A stretch of DNA of 64,000 nucleotides from NCBI GenBank assembly GCA_021810635.1, contig JAJZIH010000009.1:9439-73438 (forward strand), read 5' to 3'. Shown here piece by piece: positions 47,252 to 56,764 of the stretch. Source of the stretch: Pseudomonadota bacterium. GTDB taxonomy: Bacteria > Pseudomonadota > Gammaproteobacteria > JAKAQQ01. The first letter of the stretch is position 1, and the number at the start of each line of letters is the position of its first letter. The notes under the pieces were generated by a model. It had not been told where the DNA came from, did no database searches, and saw only the letters and a list, made by a program, of their open reading frames with translations. The translations under genes and the position numbers were made by a program.

Positions 47252-48429
47252 GGGACGGCTTCCTTCAGGTTCTGGCACAGTTCGCGCCCGATCAGCATGC
47301 GCCGGATTTCGTTGGTGCCGGCCCCGATCTCGTACAGCTTGGCATCGCGCAGGAGGCGCCCGGCCGGATAGTCGTTGATGTAACCGTTGCCGCCCAGGCA
47401 CTGGATGGCGTCGAGGGCCGACCGGACGGCATTTTCGGCGGCGAACAGCAGGGCGGCTGCGGCGTCCACGCGGCGCGGCCGGCCGGCGTCGAAGGCGCGC
47501 GCGGTCTCGAGGCACAGGCTGCGTGCGGCGCCGAAACGCGTATAGAGGTCGGCGATCTTGCCCTGAATGAGCTCGAATTCGGCGATGGGCCGGCCGAACT
47601 GCCGGCGCTGGACGACGTAGGGCAAAACCGTGTCGAGACAGGCGTGCAGGATGCCCAGAGGGCCACCCGAGAGCACCAGCCGTTCGGTATCGAGCCCCCG
47701 CATGAGCAGCTGAACTCCTTCATGCACCTGGCCGAGGACTTGGCGGGCGTCGAGCGCGCAGTTCTCGAAGACGAGCTCGCAGGTGCCGGATCCGCGCATG
47801 CCGAGCTTGTCGAGTTTTTGGGCGGTCGAGAACCCGGGCTGCCCGCGCTCGACCAGAAACGCGGTGAGGGAATGGGATCCCGCTTCCGTGTAGGGACGGG
47901 TCCGCGCGTAGACGATGAAGAGATCGGCTTCCGGGCCGTTGGTGATCCACATCTTGCTGCCGTGGAGGATCCATTTCGGTCCGCGCCGCGTCGCGCGGCA
48001 GGCGATCGATCCCACGACGTCGGACCCCGCGCCCGACTCGGACATGGCGAGTGCCCCAACGTGGCTGCCCTGAAGGAGTCCCGGGAGATAGCGGGCCTTC
48101 TGGTCCGCGGTGCCGTTCTGGGCCAGGTTATGCACACAGAGGTTCGAGTGGGCGCCATAGGACAGTCCGACCGAGGCCGAGGCCCGCGAGATCTCTTCCA
48201 TGGCGATGAGGTGGGCCTCGAACCCGAGTCCGGCCCCTCCGTCCGCCGCCGGAACGGTGAGGCCCAGGAGGCCCTGTTCGCCGAGCTTCCGCCACAGCGC
48301 CCGCGGGAATTCGCCTTCGCGGTCGAAACGGTCCGCGTGGGGGGCGATTTCGGCCGTGGCGAAACGGGCGACCGATTCCCTGAGGAGCTCGAGATCACCG
48401 GCTTCGGTGGGGCGCGGTGCGGTGGGCAT
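47248..48429 (-). CDS. liuA: Isovaleryl-CoA dehydrogenase
   Basis: Acyl-CoA dehydrogenase motifs (ALAMSESGAGSD, KMWITNG, QCLGGNGYINDYPAGRLLRDAKLYEIGAGTNEIRR). Liu-cluster context. The ATG at 48429 comes after the upstream stop at 48435. Confidence 0.88.
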   Translation of the reverse strand: MPTAPRPTEAGDLELLRESVARFATAEIAPHADRFDREGEFPRALWRKLGEQGLLGLTVPAADGGAGLGFEAHLIAMEEISRASASVGLSYGAHSNLCVHNLAQNGTADQKARYLPGLLQGSHVGALAMSESGAGSDVVGSIACRATRRGPKWILHGSKMWITNGPEADLFIVYARTRPYTEAGSHSLTAFLVERGQPGFSTAQKLDKLGMRGSGTCELVFENCALDARQVLGQVHEGVQLLMRGLDTERLVLSGGPLGILHACLDTVLPYVVQRRQFGRPIAEFELIQGKIADLYTRFGAARSLCLETARAFDAGRPRRVDAAAALLFAAENAVRSALDAIQCLGGNGYINDYPAGRLLRDAKLYEIGAGTNEIRRMLIGRELCQNLKEAVP

Positions 48430-48434
48430 GGTCC

Positions 48435-49541
48435 CTAGCGGCCCGCCAGGCCCCGGTTGATGTGCCACGGACGGGACCGTTCCAGGTAGCGGAGGCGGGC
48501 CGGACCCAGGGCGGCGAGCCGTTGCTCGGCGATCTTGTCCGCCGCCTGCCAGGTCGGCAGTCCCTGTTTCTCGGCGAACGTGAAGATGCGCTTGATGATG
48601 TCGTAAATGGTGATGACCCGGCGGTCCGCGAGTTCACGGTGATAGCCCTCGATTTCAAGGGCGACATTGATGAGCCCGCCCGCATTGAGGGCGTAATCCG
48701 GCGTGTAGAGGATGCCGCGGCGCTCGAGTTCGCTGCCACACTCCGGCGTGGCGAGCTGGTTGTTGGCGCTGCCGCCCACGATCCGGCATTTGAGCCGGGG
48801 CAGGGTTTCCGGATTGATGGAACTGCCCAGCGCGCACGGAGCGAAGACGTCCACCTTGAGGTCGTAGATGCCCTCCCCGGAGACCGCCTCGCATCCGCAC
48901 TGCTCGACCGCCCGTTCGACGCGGCTGGCGTCGATGTCGGTCACGAAGACCTTGGCCTTCTCCTGGCGGAGGAGCCGGACCAGATGGAGTCCGACATTGC
49001 CTACGCCCTCGACTGCGAAGCTCCGCTTCGCCCAGTCGGCATGTCCGAAGGTTTTTTCGAGCGCCGCCCGGAGTCCGTGGAAGACTCCCAGGGCCGTATA
49101 GGGCGAGGGATCCCCGCTGCCTCCGTGTTCGGGATGGATCCCCACCGCATAACCGCTTTCCTGATAGATGGATTCAATGTCGTCGACGTTCGTGTTGACG
49201 TCCTCGGCGGTAATGTAGCGTCCGCCCAGGCCCTGGAGAAAGCGCCCGAAACTCCGGAACAGGGCTTCGCTCTTGATCGCGGGGCCGCCGATGATGACCG
49301 ACTTGCCCCCGCCTAAGTTGAGCCCGGAAATCGCCGCCTTGTAGGTCATGCCGCGCGACAGGCGCAGGACGTCGGTCAGCGCCTCGTCCTCGCTGGCATA
49401 CGGCCACAGCCGGAGCCCGCCGAGTGCCGGGCCGAGCTGGGTGTTATGGATCGCAATGATCGCCTTGAGCCCCACGGTGGCGTCGTGCACGAAGACCACT
49501 TCCTCGTGATTGGAGAAAAACGGGTTGGAAAATACGGTCAT
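48435..49541 (-). CDS. Leucine (branched-chain amino acid) dehydrogenase, Glu/Leu/Phe/Val dehydrogenase family
   Basis: GLKAIIAIHNTQLGPALGGLRLWPY...RLSRGMTYKAAISGLNLGGGKSVIIG closely matches Bacillus LeuDH as I remember it. The ATG at 49541 is preceded by GGAG. Confidence 0.85.
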   Translation of the reverse strand: MTVFSNPFFSNHEEVVFVHDATVGLKAIIAIHNTQLGPALGGLRLWPYASEDEALTDVLRLSRGMTYKAAISGLNLGGGKSVIIGGPAIKSEALFRSFGRFLQGLGGRYITAEDVNTNVDDIESIYQESGYAVGIHPEHGGSGDPSPYTALGVFHGLRAALEKTFGHADWAKRSFAVEGVGNVGLHLVRLLRQEKAKVFVTDIDASRVERAVEQCGCEAVSGEGIYDLKVDVFAPCALGSSINPETLPRLKCRIVGGSANNQLATPECGSELERRGILYTPDYALNAGGLINVALEIEGYHRELADRRVITIYDIIKRIFTFAEKQGLPTWQAADKIAEQRLAALGPARLRYLERSRPWHINRGLAGR

Positions 49542-49632
49542 TTGGATGCTCCGAAGGGGGGGACCCGGCACAGGGGACGGAACGGCCCCGCCCTGCCTGA
49601 ACCGTTCATCCCATCTGCCGCAAAGTCCCCGC

Positions 49633-49638
49633 ATTATA
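49633..49638 (-). promoter_or_regulatory. Candidate -10 box (perfect TATAAT on minus strand) for the LeuDH-liu operon
   Basis: Plus-strand ATTATA at 49633-49638 is TATAAT on the minus strand, ~92 nt upstream of the LeuDH ATG. No convincing -35. Confidence 0.35.
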
Positions 49639-49701
49639 AACCGGTCCACCAGGCGCCATCGGCCGTTGCCTCGCTCACGCCCCCGGGGGGCGGTGGAGGC
49701 C

Positions 49702-49707
49702 TATAAT
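49702..49707 (+). promoter_or_regulatory. Candidate -10 box (perfect TATAAT) for icmF
   Basis: TATAAT at 49702-49707, 30 nt upstream of the icmF ATG, with GGAAGG as a likely SD in between. No convincing -35. Confidence 0.35.
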
Positions 49708-49736
49708 CGGAGAAGAGATTCCGGAAGGTCAGATTG

Positions 49737-52700
49737 ATGAGCCGACCGCTCGTTCTCGAACCCGACGCCCAGGCCACCCCGCGCCGCCCGCTGCGGTTTG
49801 TCACCGCAACCTCGTTGTTTGACGGGCATGACGCCGCGATCAACCTGATCCGCCGCCTGCTCATCGGCCACGGCGCCGAAGTGATCCACCTCGGCCACAA
49901 CCGTTCGGTGACGGAACTCGTCCGGACGGCGCTCTGCGAAGATGCCCACGCCATCGCCGTGAGTTCGTATCAGGGCGGCCACATGGAATATTTCAAGTAC
50001 CTGATCGACGAACTCGGCCGGCAGGGTGCCCCCGACATCGCACTCATCGTGGGCGGCGGCGGGACGATCGCCCCCGACGAGGTCTGCGAACTGGAAGCCT
50101 ACGGGGTCGAGAAGATCTACCGGCCGGAAGACGGCCAGCGGCTTGGCCTCGAGGGCATGACCGACGACATCCTGGCGCGGGTCGAACGCCGCCGCCGCCC
50201 CCAGGCCCCGCCGGTCGTGGAACGGACCCGCGAATGGCGGCGCCTGGCCCAGACCGTGAGCTGGATCGAGTCCCGTCCCGACCGGGCGGTCCGCGACGCC
50301 TTTCTCCGTACGCTGCCCGTCCCCCGTCACCCGGCCCCCGTCGTCGGGCTGACCGGCAGCGGAGGAGCCGGCAAGAGCAGCCTCACCGACGAACTCGTCC
50401 GCCGTTTCCTCTCCGCCTTCCCCGAACTGGAGATCGCCATTGTTGCCGTCGATCCGACCCGCAGCCGGACCGGCGGGGCGCTTCTGGGCGACCGGATCCG
50501 GATGAACAGCCTCGGCGCCGAGCGGGTCTTCATGCGCTCACTCGCAACCGGGGACTCCACGGGTCCCCTCCATGCCGATCTCGGGGAGATTGTGCGTTAC
50601 CTCCGGGCGGAGGGTTTCGGACTCATCCTGATCGAAACGGCAGGGAGCGGACAGGGGGATACCGCGATCCGCGGGTTCGTCGATCTCAGCCTCTTTGTCA
50701 TGACGGCCGAATATGGTGGCCCGCTCCAGCTCGAGAAGCTCGGGATGCTCGATTACGCCGACTTCATCGTCCTCAACAAATACGAGAAGCGCGGGGGGGA
50801 GGACGCGCTGCGCGATATCCGCAAGCAGTGGCGCCGCAACCGGGGTGACTTCAAGCGGCCCGAGGATTCCCTGCCGGTCTTCCCCACCATCGCGAGCCAG
50901 TTCCAGCATTCGGGGGTCGACCGGCTGTTTGCGGCCCTGTGCCGCTCACTCGCGGAGCGCGATCCCCGCGGGGGGGGGCGCTGGGTGCCGGCCACGCCAC
51001 CCGGCGAGGATTCGCCCATCCGCCATGTCCAGATTCCCCAAGCGCGCGAGCGCTACCTGGCCGAGATAGCCGGAACCATCCGGTCGCGGCGCCAGAGCGA
51101 CGAGACGGTCTGTGCGGCCGCCTCCGAGGCCCAAAGCCTCCATGAAGTCCTGGGTCTTCTGGAGAAGGACATCTGCCCGCCTCCCCTCCAACGCTACCCG
51201 GACTCCCGGCTGGAAGGAGACGACGACCGCACCCGGCTCCGCCGGGCCTACCATGCCGCCCTCGACCGGGTGGGTGAGGAAGGCCGCGGTTTGCTTCAGG
51301 CCTGGCCTGCCCGTACGGTCGCCGCCCGCGCCGATGAGTACGCCTACCCGGTGCGCGACCGCTGGGTGCGGGGGCCGAACTACACCGAGACCCTGTCCGG
51401 ACTCCGGATCCCCAAGATTGCCGTGCCCGGCTACCGCGACTGGGGGGACCTCCTGCGTTTCCTTCTGAGCGAGAACCTGCCGGGTGACTACCCGTACACG
51501 GCCGGTGTCTATCCCTACCGGCGCACGGCCGAGGATCCGATCCGGATGTTCGCCGGGGAGGGCACGCCGGAACGCACCAACCGCCGTTTCCACTATCTCG
51601 CGCGGGGCCAGTCCGCGACCCGCCTGTCCACGGCCTTCGACTCCGTGACGCTCTACGGCGAGGATCCCGATCCCCGCCCGGACATCTACGGCCGGATCGG
51701 TAACTCCGGGGTGTCGATCGCGACGTTGGATGACATGAAGAAGCTCTATTCCGGGTTTGACCTGGCCTCCCCCAAAACTTCGGTCTCGATGACGATCAAT
51801 GGGCCGGCTCCGATTCTCCTGGCTTTCTTTTTCAACGCGGCGGTCGACCAGGCCGTCGAACGGCATCTGCGCGTCACGGGCACCCTGGAGCCCGCCCTCG
51901 ACCGCCTCCGCGGGCGGATCGGCGGAACGCTGCCCGCCTACGAGGGATCGTTGCCGGAAGGACATACGGGAGAGGGCCTGGCGCTCCTCGGAGTGAGCGG
52001 AGATCTCCTCGTTGATCCTGGAACCTATGATCGGATCCGGGCGGAGACCCTGAGGCAGGTCCGGGGGACGGTCCAGGCCGACATCCTGAAGGAGGACCAG
52101 GCGCAGAACACCTGTATTTTCTCGGTCGAGTTCGCACTCAAGCTGATGGGCGACGTGGCCTCCTATTTCGTCGCGAACGACATCCGGAATTTCTACAGCG
52201 TTTCGGTGAGCGGCTACCATATCGCCGAGGCCGGGGCCAACCCCATCACCCAGCTCGCCTTTACCCTGGCCAACGGATTCACGCTGGTCGAGTACTACCT
52301 CGCGCGCGGGCTGGCCATCGACGATTTCGCGCCCAACCTGAGCTTCTTCTTTTCGAACGGCATGGATGCCGAGTACGCGGTCATCGGGCGCGTGGCCCGG
52401 CGCATCTGGGCGCGGGCCCTCCGGGAGCGCTACGGGGCCGAGCCGCGCAGCCAGATGCTCAAGTACCACATCCAGACCTCCGGCCGCAGCCTGCACGCGC
52501 GCGAGATCCAGTTCAACGACATCCGGACCACCCTGCAGGCGCTCTACGCCCTTTATGACAACTGTCAGAGCCTGCATACCAACGCCTATGACGAAGCGCT
52601 CACCACCCCGACCGAGGAATCGGTCCGGCGCGCCATGGCGATCCAGCTCATCATCAACCGCGAGCTCGGCCTCGAGAAGAACGAGAACCCCCTGCAGGGG

Positions 52701-53165
52701 GCCTTCGTCATCGAGACCCTGACCGATCTCGTCGAGGAGGCGGTCCTGGCCGAATTCGACCGCCTGTCGGAACGCGGCGGCGTCCTCGGCGCCATGGAGA
52801 CGATGTACCAGCGCAACAAGATCCAGGAGGAAAGCCTGCTCTACGAGCGCCTGAAACACGAAGGCCGCCTGCCGATCGTCGGGGTCAACTGCTTCGAGCC
52901 CGAGGGTGGGCGTGGCGAGCCGGAGGTGCCACCCGCCCTGATCCGTTCCACGGAACGGGAAAAACAGCAGCAGCTCGAGGCGCTCGGCCGGTTTCGCGAG
53001 ATCCATGCCGAGCGCCGCACGGAGGCTTTGGCAGCGCTCCGGGAGACCGGTCGTCAGGGCGGGAACCTGTTTGCCGCGCTCATGAATGCGGCCCGATCGT
53101 GTTCACTGGGCGAGATGACCCGCGAGCTTTATGCCCTGGGCGGCCAGTACCGCCGGGCCCTCTGA
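49737..53165 (+). CDS. icmF: Fused isobutyryl-CoA mutase (B12-binding domain + MeaB-like G-protein + mutase barrel)
   Basis: N-terminal B12 motif LFDGHDAAINLI. P-loop GLTGSGGAGKSSL and NKYE (NKxD-like). C-terminal acyl-CoA mutase domain with ICM-type residues (RMFAGEG; AQNTCIF where methylmalonyl-CoA mutase has Y and R). 1142 aa. Confidence 0.9.
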   Translation: MSRPLVLEPDAQATPRRPLRFVTATSLFDGHDAAINLIRRLLIGHGAEVIHLGHNRSVTELVRTALCEDAHAIAVSSYQGGHMEYFKYLIDELGRQGAPDIALIVGGGGTIAPDEVCELEAYGVEKIYRPEDGQRLGLEGMTDDILARVERRRRPQAPPVVERTREWRRLAQTVSWIESRPDRAVRDAFLRTLPVPRHPAPVVGLTGSGGAGKSSLTDELVRRFLSAFPELEIAIVAVDPTRSRTGGALLGDRIRMNSLGAERVFMRSLATGDSTGPLHADLGEIVRYLRAEGFGLILIETAGSGQGDTAIRGFVDLSLFVMTAEYGGPLQLEKLGMLDYADFIVLNKYEKRGGEDALRDIRKQWRRNRGDFKRPEDSLPVFPTIASQFQHSGVDRLFAALCRSLAERDPRGGGRWVPATPPGEDSPIRHVQIPQARERYLAEIAGTIRSRRQSDETVCAAASEAQSLHEVLGLLEKDICPPPLQRYPDSRLEGDDDRTRLRRAYHAALDRVGEEGRGLLQAWPARTVAARADEYAYPVRDRWVRGPNYTETLSGLRIPKIAVPGYRDWGDLLRFLLSENLPGDYPYTAGVYPYRRTAEDPIRMFAGEGTPERTNRRFHYLARGQSATRLSTAFDSVTLYGEDPDPRPDIYGRIGNSGVSIATLDDMKKLYSGFDLASPKTSVSMTINGPAPILLAFFFNAAVDQAVERHLRVTGTLEPALDRLRGRIGGTLPAYEGSLPEGHTGEGLALLGVSGDLLVDPGTYDRIRAETLRQVRGTVQADILKEDQAQNTCIFSVEFALKLMGDVASYFVANDIRNFYSVSVSGYHIAEAGANPITQLAFTLANGFTLVEYYLARGLAIDDFAPNLSFFFSNGMDAEYAVIGRVARRIWARALRERYGAEPRSQMLKYHIQTSGRSLHAREIQFNDIRTTLQALYALYDNCQSLHTNAYDEALTTPTEESVRRAMAIQLIINRELGLEKNENPLQGAFVIETLTDLVEEAVLAEFDRLSERGGVLGAMETMYQRNKIQEESLLYERLKHEGRLPIVGVNCFEPEGGRGEPEVPPALIRSTEREKQQQLEALGRFREIHAERRTEALAALRETGRQGGNLFAALMNAARSCSLGEMTRELYALGGQYRRAL

Positions 53166-53174
53166 CGCCTCCGG

Positions 53175-54071
53175 ATGACTGTCGGCCCGCCCCACCTCGA
53201 GGCCTTTCTCGACCACTTGTCCATCGCGGACGGACTCGCGCCGAACACGGTCATGGCCTATGGCAGCGATCTCCGGCGTTTCTCACGCTGGTGGAAGGGG
53301 ACCGGAAAGGAGGAGTTTCCACCCGATCGCGCGGATCTTCTGGCCTATCTCGAATCCTGCCAGCGCGACCGCCTGGGTGCCGCAACCCGAGCGCGCCTGC
53401 TCTCCGGGCTCAGGCGTTACTTTCGCTTTCTCGTCTCCGAGCGCCTGATTTCCAAGGATCCCACGACCGAGATCGCCTCACCCAAGCTCGGCCGGAGATT
53501 GCCCCGTGTGCTCACGGAGGACGAGGTGACTCGCCTCCTCGAGACGCCGGATGAATCGACCCCCGCCGGCCTGCGTGACCGTACCCTCCTCGAGGTGCTC
53601 TACGCCACGGGTCTCCGCGTCTCCGAGCTGGTCCATCTCCGGGTGGAGTCGGTCAACCTGAGGCAGGGGACCGTCCGGGTGACCGGCAAGGGGGGGCGGG
53701 AACGGATCGTGCCGCTGGGGGAGGTGGCCCTCGACTGGCTCGAGCGCTATCAGGCCCAGGGACGGCCGCATCTTGTGCCGGCCCGGCGGGAGACGGGCGT
53801 CCTCTTCCCGGGACGCTTCGGCCGACCGCTCACGCGCCAGGCGTTTTGGCTGTCTGTCCGCCGCTATGCCATCCGGGCGGGGCTCCGTTTCATCCCCTCC
53901 CCGCATGTGCTCCGGCATGCCTTTGCCACCCATCTCGTCAACCGGGGGGCGGACCTGCGCGTGGTGCAGCTGCTGCTGGGACACAGTGATCTCGCGACCA
54001 CTGAAATCTACACGCACGTGGCACGGGAGGAGCTCAAGAACCTCCACCGCACCCACCATCCCCGGGGCTAG
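53175..54071 (+). CDS. xerD: Site-specific tyrosine recombinase XerD
   Basis: [68 protein letters not shown]. Confidence 0.92.
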   Translation: MTVGPPHLEAFLDHLSIADGLAPNTVMAYGSDLRRFSRWWKGTGKEEFPPDRADLLAYLESCQRDRLGAATRARLLSGLRRYFRFLVSERLISKDPTTEIASPKLGRRLPRVLTEDEVTRLLETPDESTPAGLRDRTLLEVLYATGLRVSELVHLRVESVNLRQGTVRVTGKGGRERIVPLGEVALDWLERYQAQGRPHLVPARRETGVLFPGRFGRPLTRQAFWLSVRRYAIRAGLRFIPSPHVLRHAFATHLVNRGADLRVVQLLLGHSDLATTEIYTHVAREELKNLHRTHHPRG

Positions 54072-54391
54072 CGTTCGAGGAGCTTGAGCTTGTCGGGGAT
54101 GCCGTCCCATTCCTTGGCGTCGGGCGGCGCCGCTTTCTTGCGGGTCAGGGTCGGCCAGAGTTTGGCCAGTTCGGCGTTCATGCGGAGGAAGAGCCGCTGG
54201 TCCTCGGGCAGGTCGTCCTCGGCAAAGATGGCCTTGGCGGGGCATTCGGACTCGCAGAGCGTGCAGTCGATGCATTCGTCCGGATCGATGGCGAGGAAAT
54301 TCGGGCCTTCGTGGAAACAGTCAACCGGGCAGACCTCGACGCAGTCCGTGTACTTGCATTTGATGCAGTTCTCGCCGACGACGAAGGTCAT
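54068..54391 (-). CDS. fdxA: 7Fe ferredoxin ([3Fe-4S][4Fe-4S], Azotobacter FdI type)
   Basis: [26 protein letters not shown]...[12 protein letters not shown]. Confidence 0.93.
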   Translation of the reverse strand: MTFVVGENCIKCKYTDCVEVCPVDCFHEGPNFLAIDPDECIDCTLCESECPAKAIFAEDDLPEDQRLFLRMNAELAKLWPTLTRKKAAPPDAKEWDGIPDKLKLLER

Positions 54392-54978
54392 GGTGAGGCT
54401 CCGGAATCCGGGAGGGTGTATTTTGCCACAGGCTGGAGGGTCCGTTCGATCCAGAGATCGTGGACCCGGAACGGAAAGCCGGCTCCTTCGCGCCGCCGCT
54501 GCCAGTAGTATTCGAGCGCCAGGCGGACGCTCGGGAAGGCCACCGTGGACCAGGGCAGATCGTCTTCGCCGAAGGACGCCACCTCCAGGGTTTCGTGCCC
54601 CGGGTGCTCGGGCCAGGCCGCGAGCCGGCTCCGGTAGAAAAGATGCATTTGATGGATGCGCGGCAGGTTGATGAGGATCAGGGGGTCATCCACGGTGACG
54701 GTTGCGCCGATCTCCTCGGTGCTTTCCCGCGCGGCGCCTTCGGTCGAGGTTTCTCCGTTTTCCAGAAAGCCCGCCGGGAGCGTCCAGAGCCCGCGCCGGG
54801 GCTCGATGGCGCGACGGCACAGCACGATCCGGTCGTTCCATTCCGGAATCGAGCCCACGATCATCCGGGGGTTTTCGTAGAAGATCTCCCCGCAGCGGGT
54901 ACAGAGGTCGCGGGGCCGGTTGTCGCCCTCGGGAATCCGCCTCTCGAGGGGGGCACCGCAACTGGGGCAGTAGTTCAT
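54388..54978 (-). CDS. Nudix hydrolase with N-terminal zinc ribbon
   Basis: CPSCG...CTRCG zinc ribbon, then Nudix box [30 protein letters not shown] overlap with fdxA. Confidence 0.85.
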   Translation of the reverse strand: MNYCPSCGAPLERRIPEGDNRPRDLCTRCGEIFYENPRMIVGSIPEWNDRIVLCRRAIEPRRGLWTLPAGFLENGETSTEGAARESTEEIGATVTVDDPLILINLPRIHQMHLFYRSRLAAWPEHPGHETLEVASFGEDDLPWSTVAFPSVRLALEYYWQRRREGAGFPFRVHDLWIERTLQPVAKYTLPDSGASP

Positions 54979-55041
54979 GGAGTTTGCACTCTGGATCCGC
55001 TAGTGTATTTTCTCACATCCCCCGAAAGGGAGGGTCCAGCC

Positions 55042-56103
55042 ATGGCCCTGATGCAGGCCCAGGTCCTCGAGGTGCCCCGGAGTCCGTTGGTCCTCCGGCA
55101 GCGTCCGCTGCCGGTTCCCGGTCCGGGGCAGGTGTTGATCGACGTGGCCGCCTGTGGCGTCTGCCGGACCGACCTCCACCTCCGGGATGCGGAACTGCCC
55201 TCCATCCCGTATCCGCTGATTCCCGGCCACGAGATCGTGGGCCGCATCCGTTCGTGCGGGAAGGGCGTCCGCGACCGCGAACCAGGAGAGCGGGTGGGGG
55301 TGGCCTGGCTCGGTTTCAGTTGCGGGGCGTGCGAGGACTGCCGGGCGGGTCGCGAGAACCTGTGTCCCCGGGCGCGTTTCACGGGCTATCAGATCGACGG
55401 CGGCTATGCCACGCAGGCTCTGGCGGACGCGCGTTACGTCTTCCCGCTGCCCGCAGGCTATGGCGATGCCGAGGTGGCTCCGTTGCTCTGTGCCGGCCTG
55501 ATCGGCTTCCGCTGTCTCGGGTTCTGCGGCCCGGCCCGGCGGCTCGGCCTCTACGGCTTCGGCGCCGCCGCCCACTTGGTGATCCAGTTGGCCCAATTCG
55601 AGGAGCGGACGGTCTTTGCCTTCACCCGGCCGGGGGATCGGGCAGGTCAGGACTTTGCCCGCTCGCTCGGGGCGGCGTGGGCCGGCGGATCCGACGAGTC
55701 CCCGCCTGACCTGCTCGATGCCGTGATCGTGTTCGCTCCGGTGGGGGCTCTCGTCCCGCAGGCCCTCCGGGCAGTGCGTCCCGGTGGCCGCGTGATTCTG
55801 GGCGGCATCCACATGAGCGATCTGCCGGGTTTCCCCTACGCCCTGCTCTGGGGCGAGCGCCGGCTGCAGAGCGTGGCCAACCTCACGCGCGCCGATGCCT
55901 ACAGGTTTCTCAAGGTGGCACCCCAAGTCCCGATCCGGACCCGCGTCCAAACCTATCCCCTGGAGGAGGCGAACCAGGCACTCGACGATCTGCGTTCGGG
56001 CGACATCCGGGGGGCTGCGGTCCTCACGATGCCGGGTGCTGCGCCGAAAGACCGTCCGCCCGATTCCAGTGCCGGTCGCGAGCCCGCCAAACCGTTATCA
56101 TGA
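55042..56103 (+). CDS. Zinc-dependent alcohol dehydrogenase family oxidoreductase
   Basis: ACGVCRTDLH, GHEIVGRI, structural-zinc CGACEDCRAGRENLC, Rossmann LYGFGAAAH. The ATG at 55042 is preceded by AAGGGAGGG. It is the internal start of ORF 54460..56103. Confidence 0.88.
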   Translation: MALMQAQVLEVPRSPLVLRQRPLPVPGPGQVLIDVAACGVCRTDLHLRDAELPSIPYPLIPGHEIVGRIRSCGKGVRDREPGERVGVAWLGFSCGACEDCRAGRENLCPRARFTGYQIDGGYATQALADARYVFPLPAGYGDAEVAPLLCAGLIGFRCLGFCGPARRLGLYGFGAAAHLVIQLAQFEERTVFAFTRPGDRAGQDFARSLGAAWAGGSDESPPDLLDAVIVFAPVGALVPQALRAVRPGGRVILGGIHMSDLPGFPYALLWGERRLQSVANLTRADAYRFLKVAPQVPIRTRVQTYPLEEANQALDDLRSGDIRGAAVLTMPGAAPKDRPPDSSAGREPAKPLS

Positions 56104-56107
56104 TTCC

Positions 56108-56695
56108 ATGACCGGCCCCTGCGCCCCGCCTCCGGACCACTACGCACTCGAGATTGCCGGGATTCGGCGCCGCCTGCCGGTGGTGGCCGTGGAGGGTGGC
56201 GTTGCGATCGCGGTCCTCAACATCCTGGGCGACACCGAGCTCGTCGAGGCGGCGGCCCGTGAACTGGCCCACCACCTCAGGCACCGACCCTACGATGTGT
56301 TCCTCACGGCCGAGGCGAAAAGCATCCCCCTGGCCCATGCGCTCTCGGTTGTGGCGCGCCGACCCTACGTGGTGCTGCGCAAGATTTACAAGTCCTACAT
56401 GGGCGATGCCCTGCACGTGACGACTCGTTCCATCACGACCGGCCACGAGCAGGTTCTGTACCTCGATGCCAAGGATCGCACGGCTCTGGCGGGCCGGGCG
56501 GTCGTTCTTCTGGACGATGTGATCAGTACCGGATCGACCCTGGAGGGTCTGCGCTCCATCGCCCGCGCGGCCGAGGCCCGTGTCGTGGCCGAGGCGGCGA
56601 TCGCGACCGAGGGGGATGCCGCGCGCTGGCGGGAGGTCATCGCGCTGGCGCACCTGCCCGTGTTCCGGTCGGGATCCCAGCCGTCCGCTGTCTGA
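56108..56695 (+). CDS. Type I phosphoribosyltransferase (adenine/purine PRT-like)
   Basis: PRPP-binding motif VVLLDDVISTGSTLEG. ~195 aa. The ATG at 56108 is 2 nt after the ADH stop. Confidence 0.75.
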   Translation: MTGPCAPPPDHYALEIAGIRRRLPVVAVEGGVAIAVLNILGDTELVEAAARELAHHLRHRPYDVFLTAEAKSIPLAHALSVVARRPYVVLRKIYKSYMGDALHVTTRSITTGHEQVLYLDAKDRTALAGRAVVLLDDVISTGSTLEGLRSIARAAEARVVAEAAIATEGDAARWREVIALAHLPVFRSGSQPSAV

Positions 56696-56764
56696 ACCGG
56701 GGGAACGGGCTGCTCCCGCGAGGAGGGGGCCGGCCCACAAGCCGGGCCCATGCCCAGGGCCGGA

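Noticed and set aside
49542-49736. Possible cobalamin riboswitch upstream of the B12-dependent icmF
   Set aside because: The spacer is only 195 bp and is shared with a divergent promoter. I found no B12-box-like GCCACTG core and none of the usual conserved stems. B12 riboswitches normally control B12 supply genes, not B12-dependent mutases.
50946-53006. 686-aa minus-strand ORF antisense to icmF
   Set aside because: It lies opposite the acyl-CoA mutase domain, which has strong motif support. No motifs are present in the antisense product.
56696-56764. Possible bidirectional terminator between the PRT and mscS genes (GGGCCGGC..GCCGGGCCC)
   Set aside because: The inverted repeat is imperfect and lacks flanking T/A tracts on either strand. 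Support is insufficient to call an intrinsic terminator.
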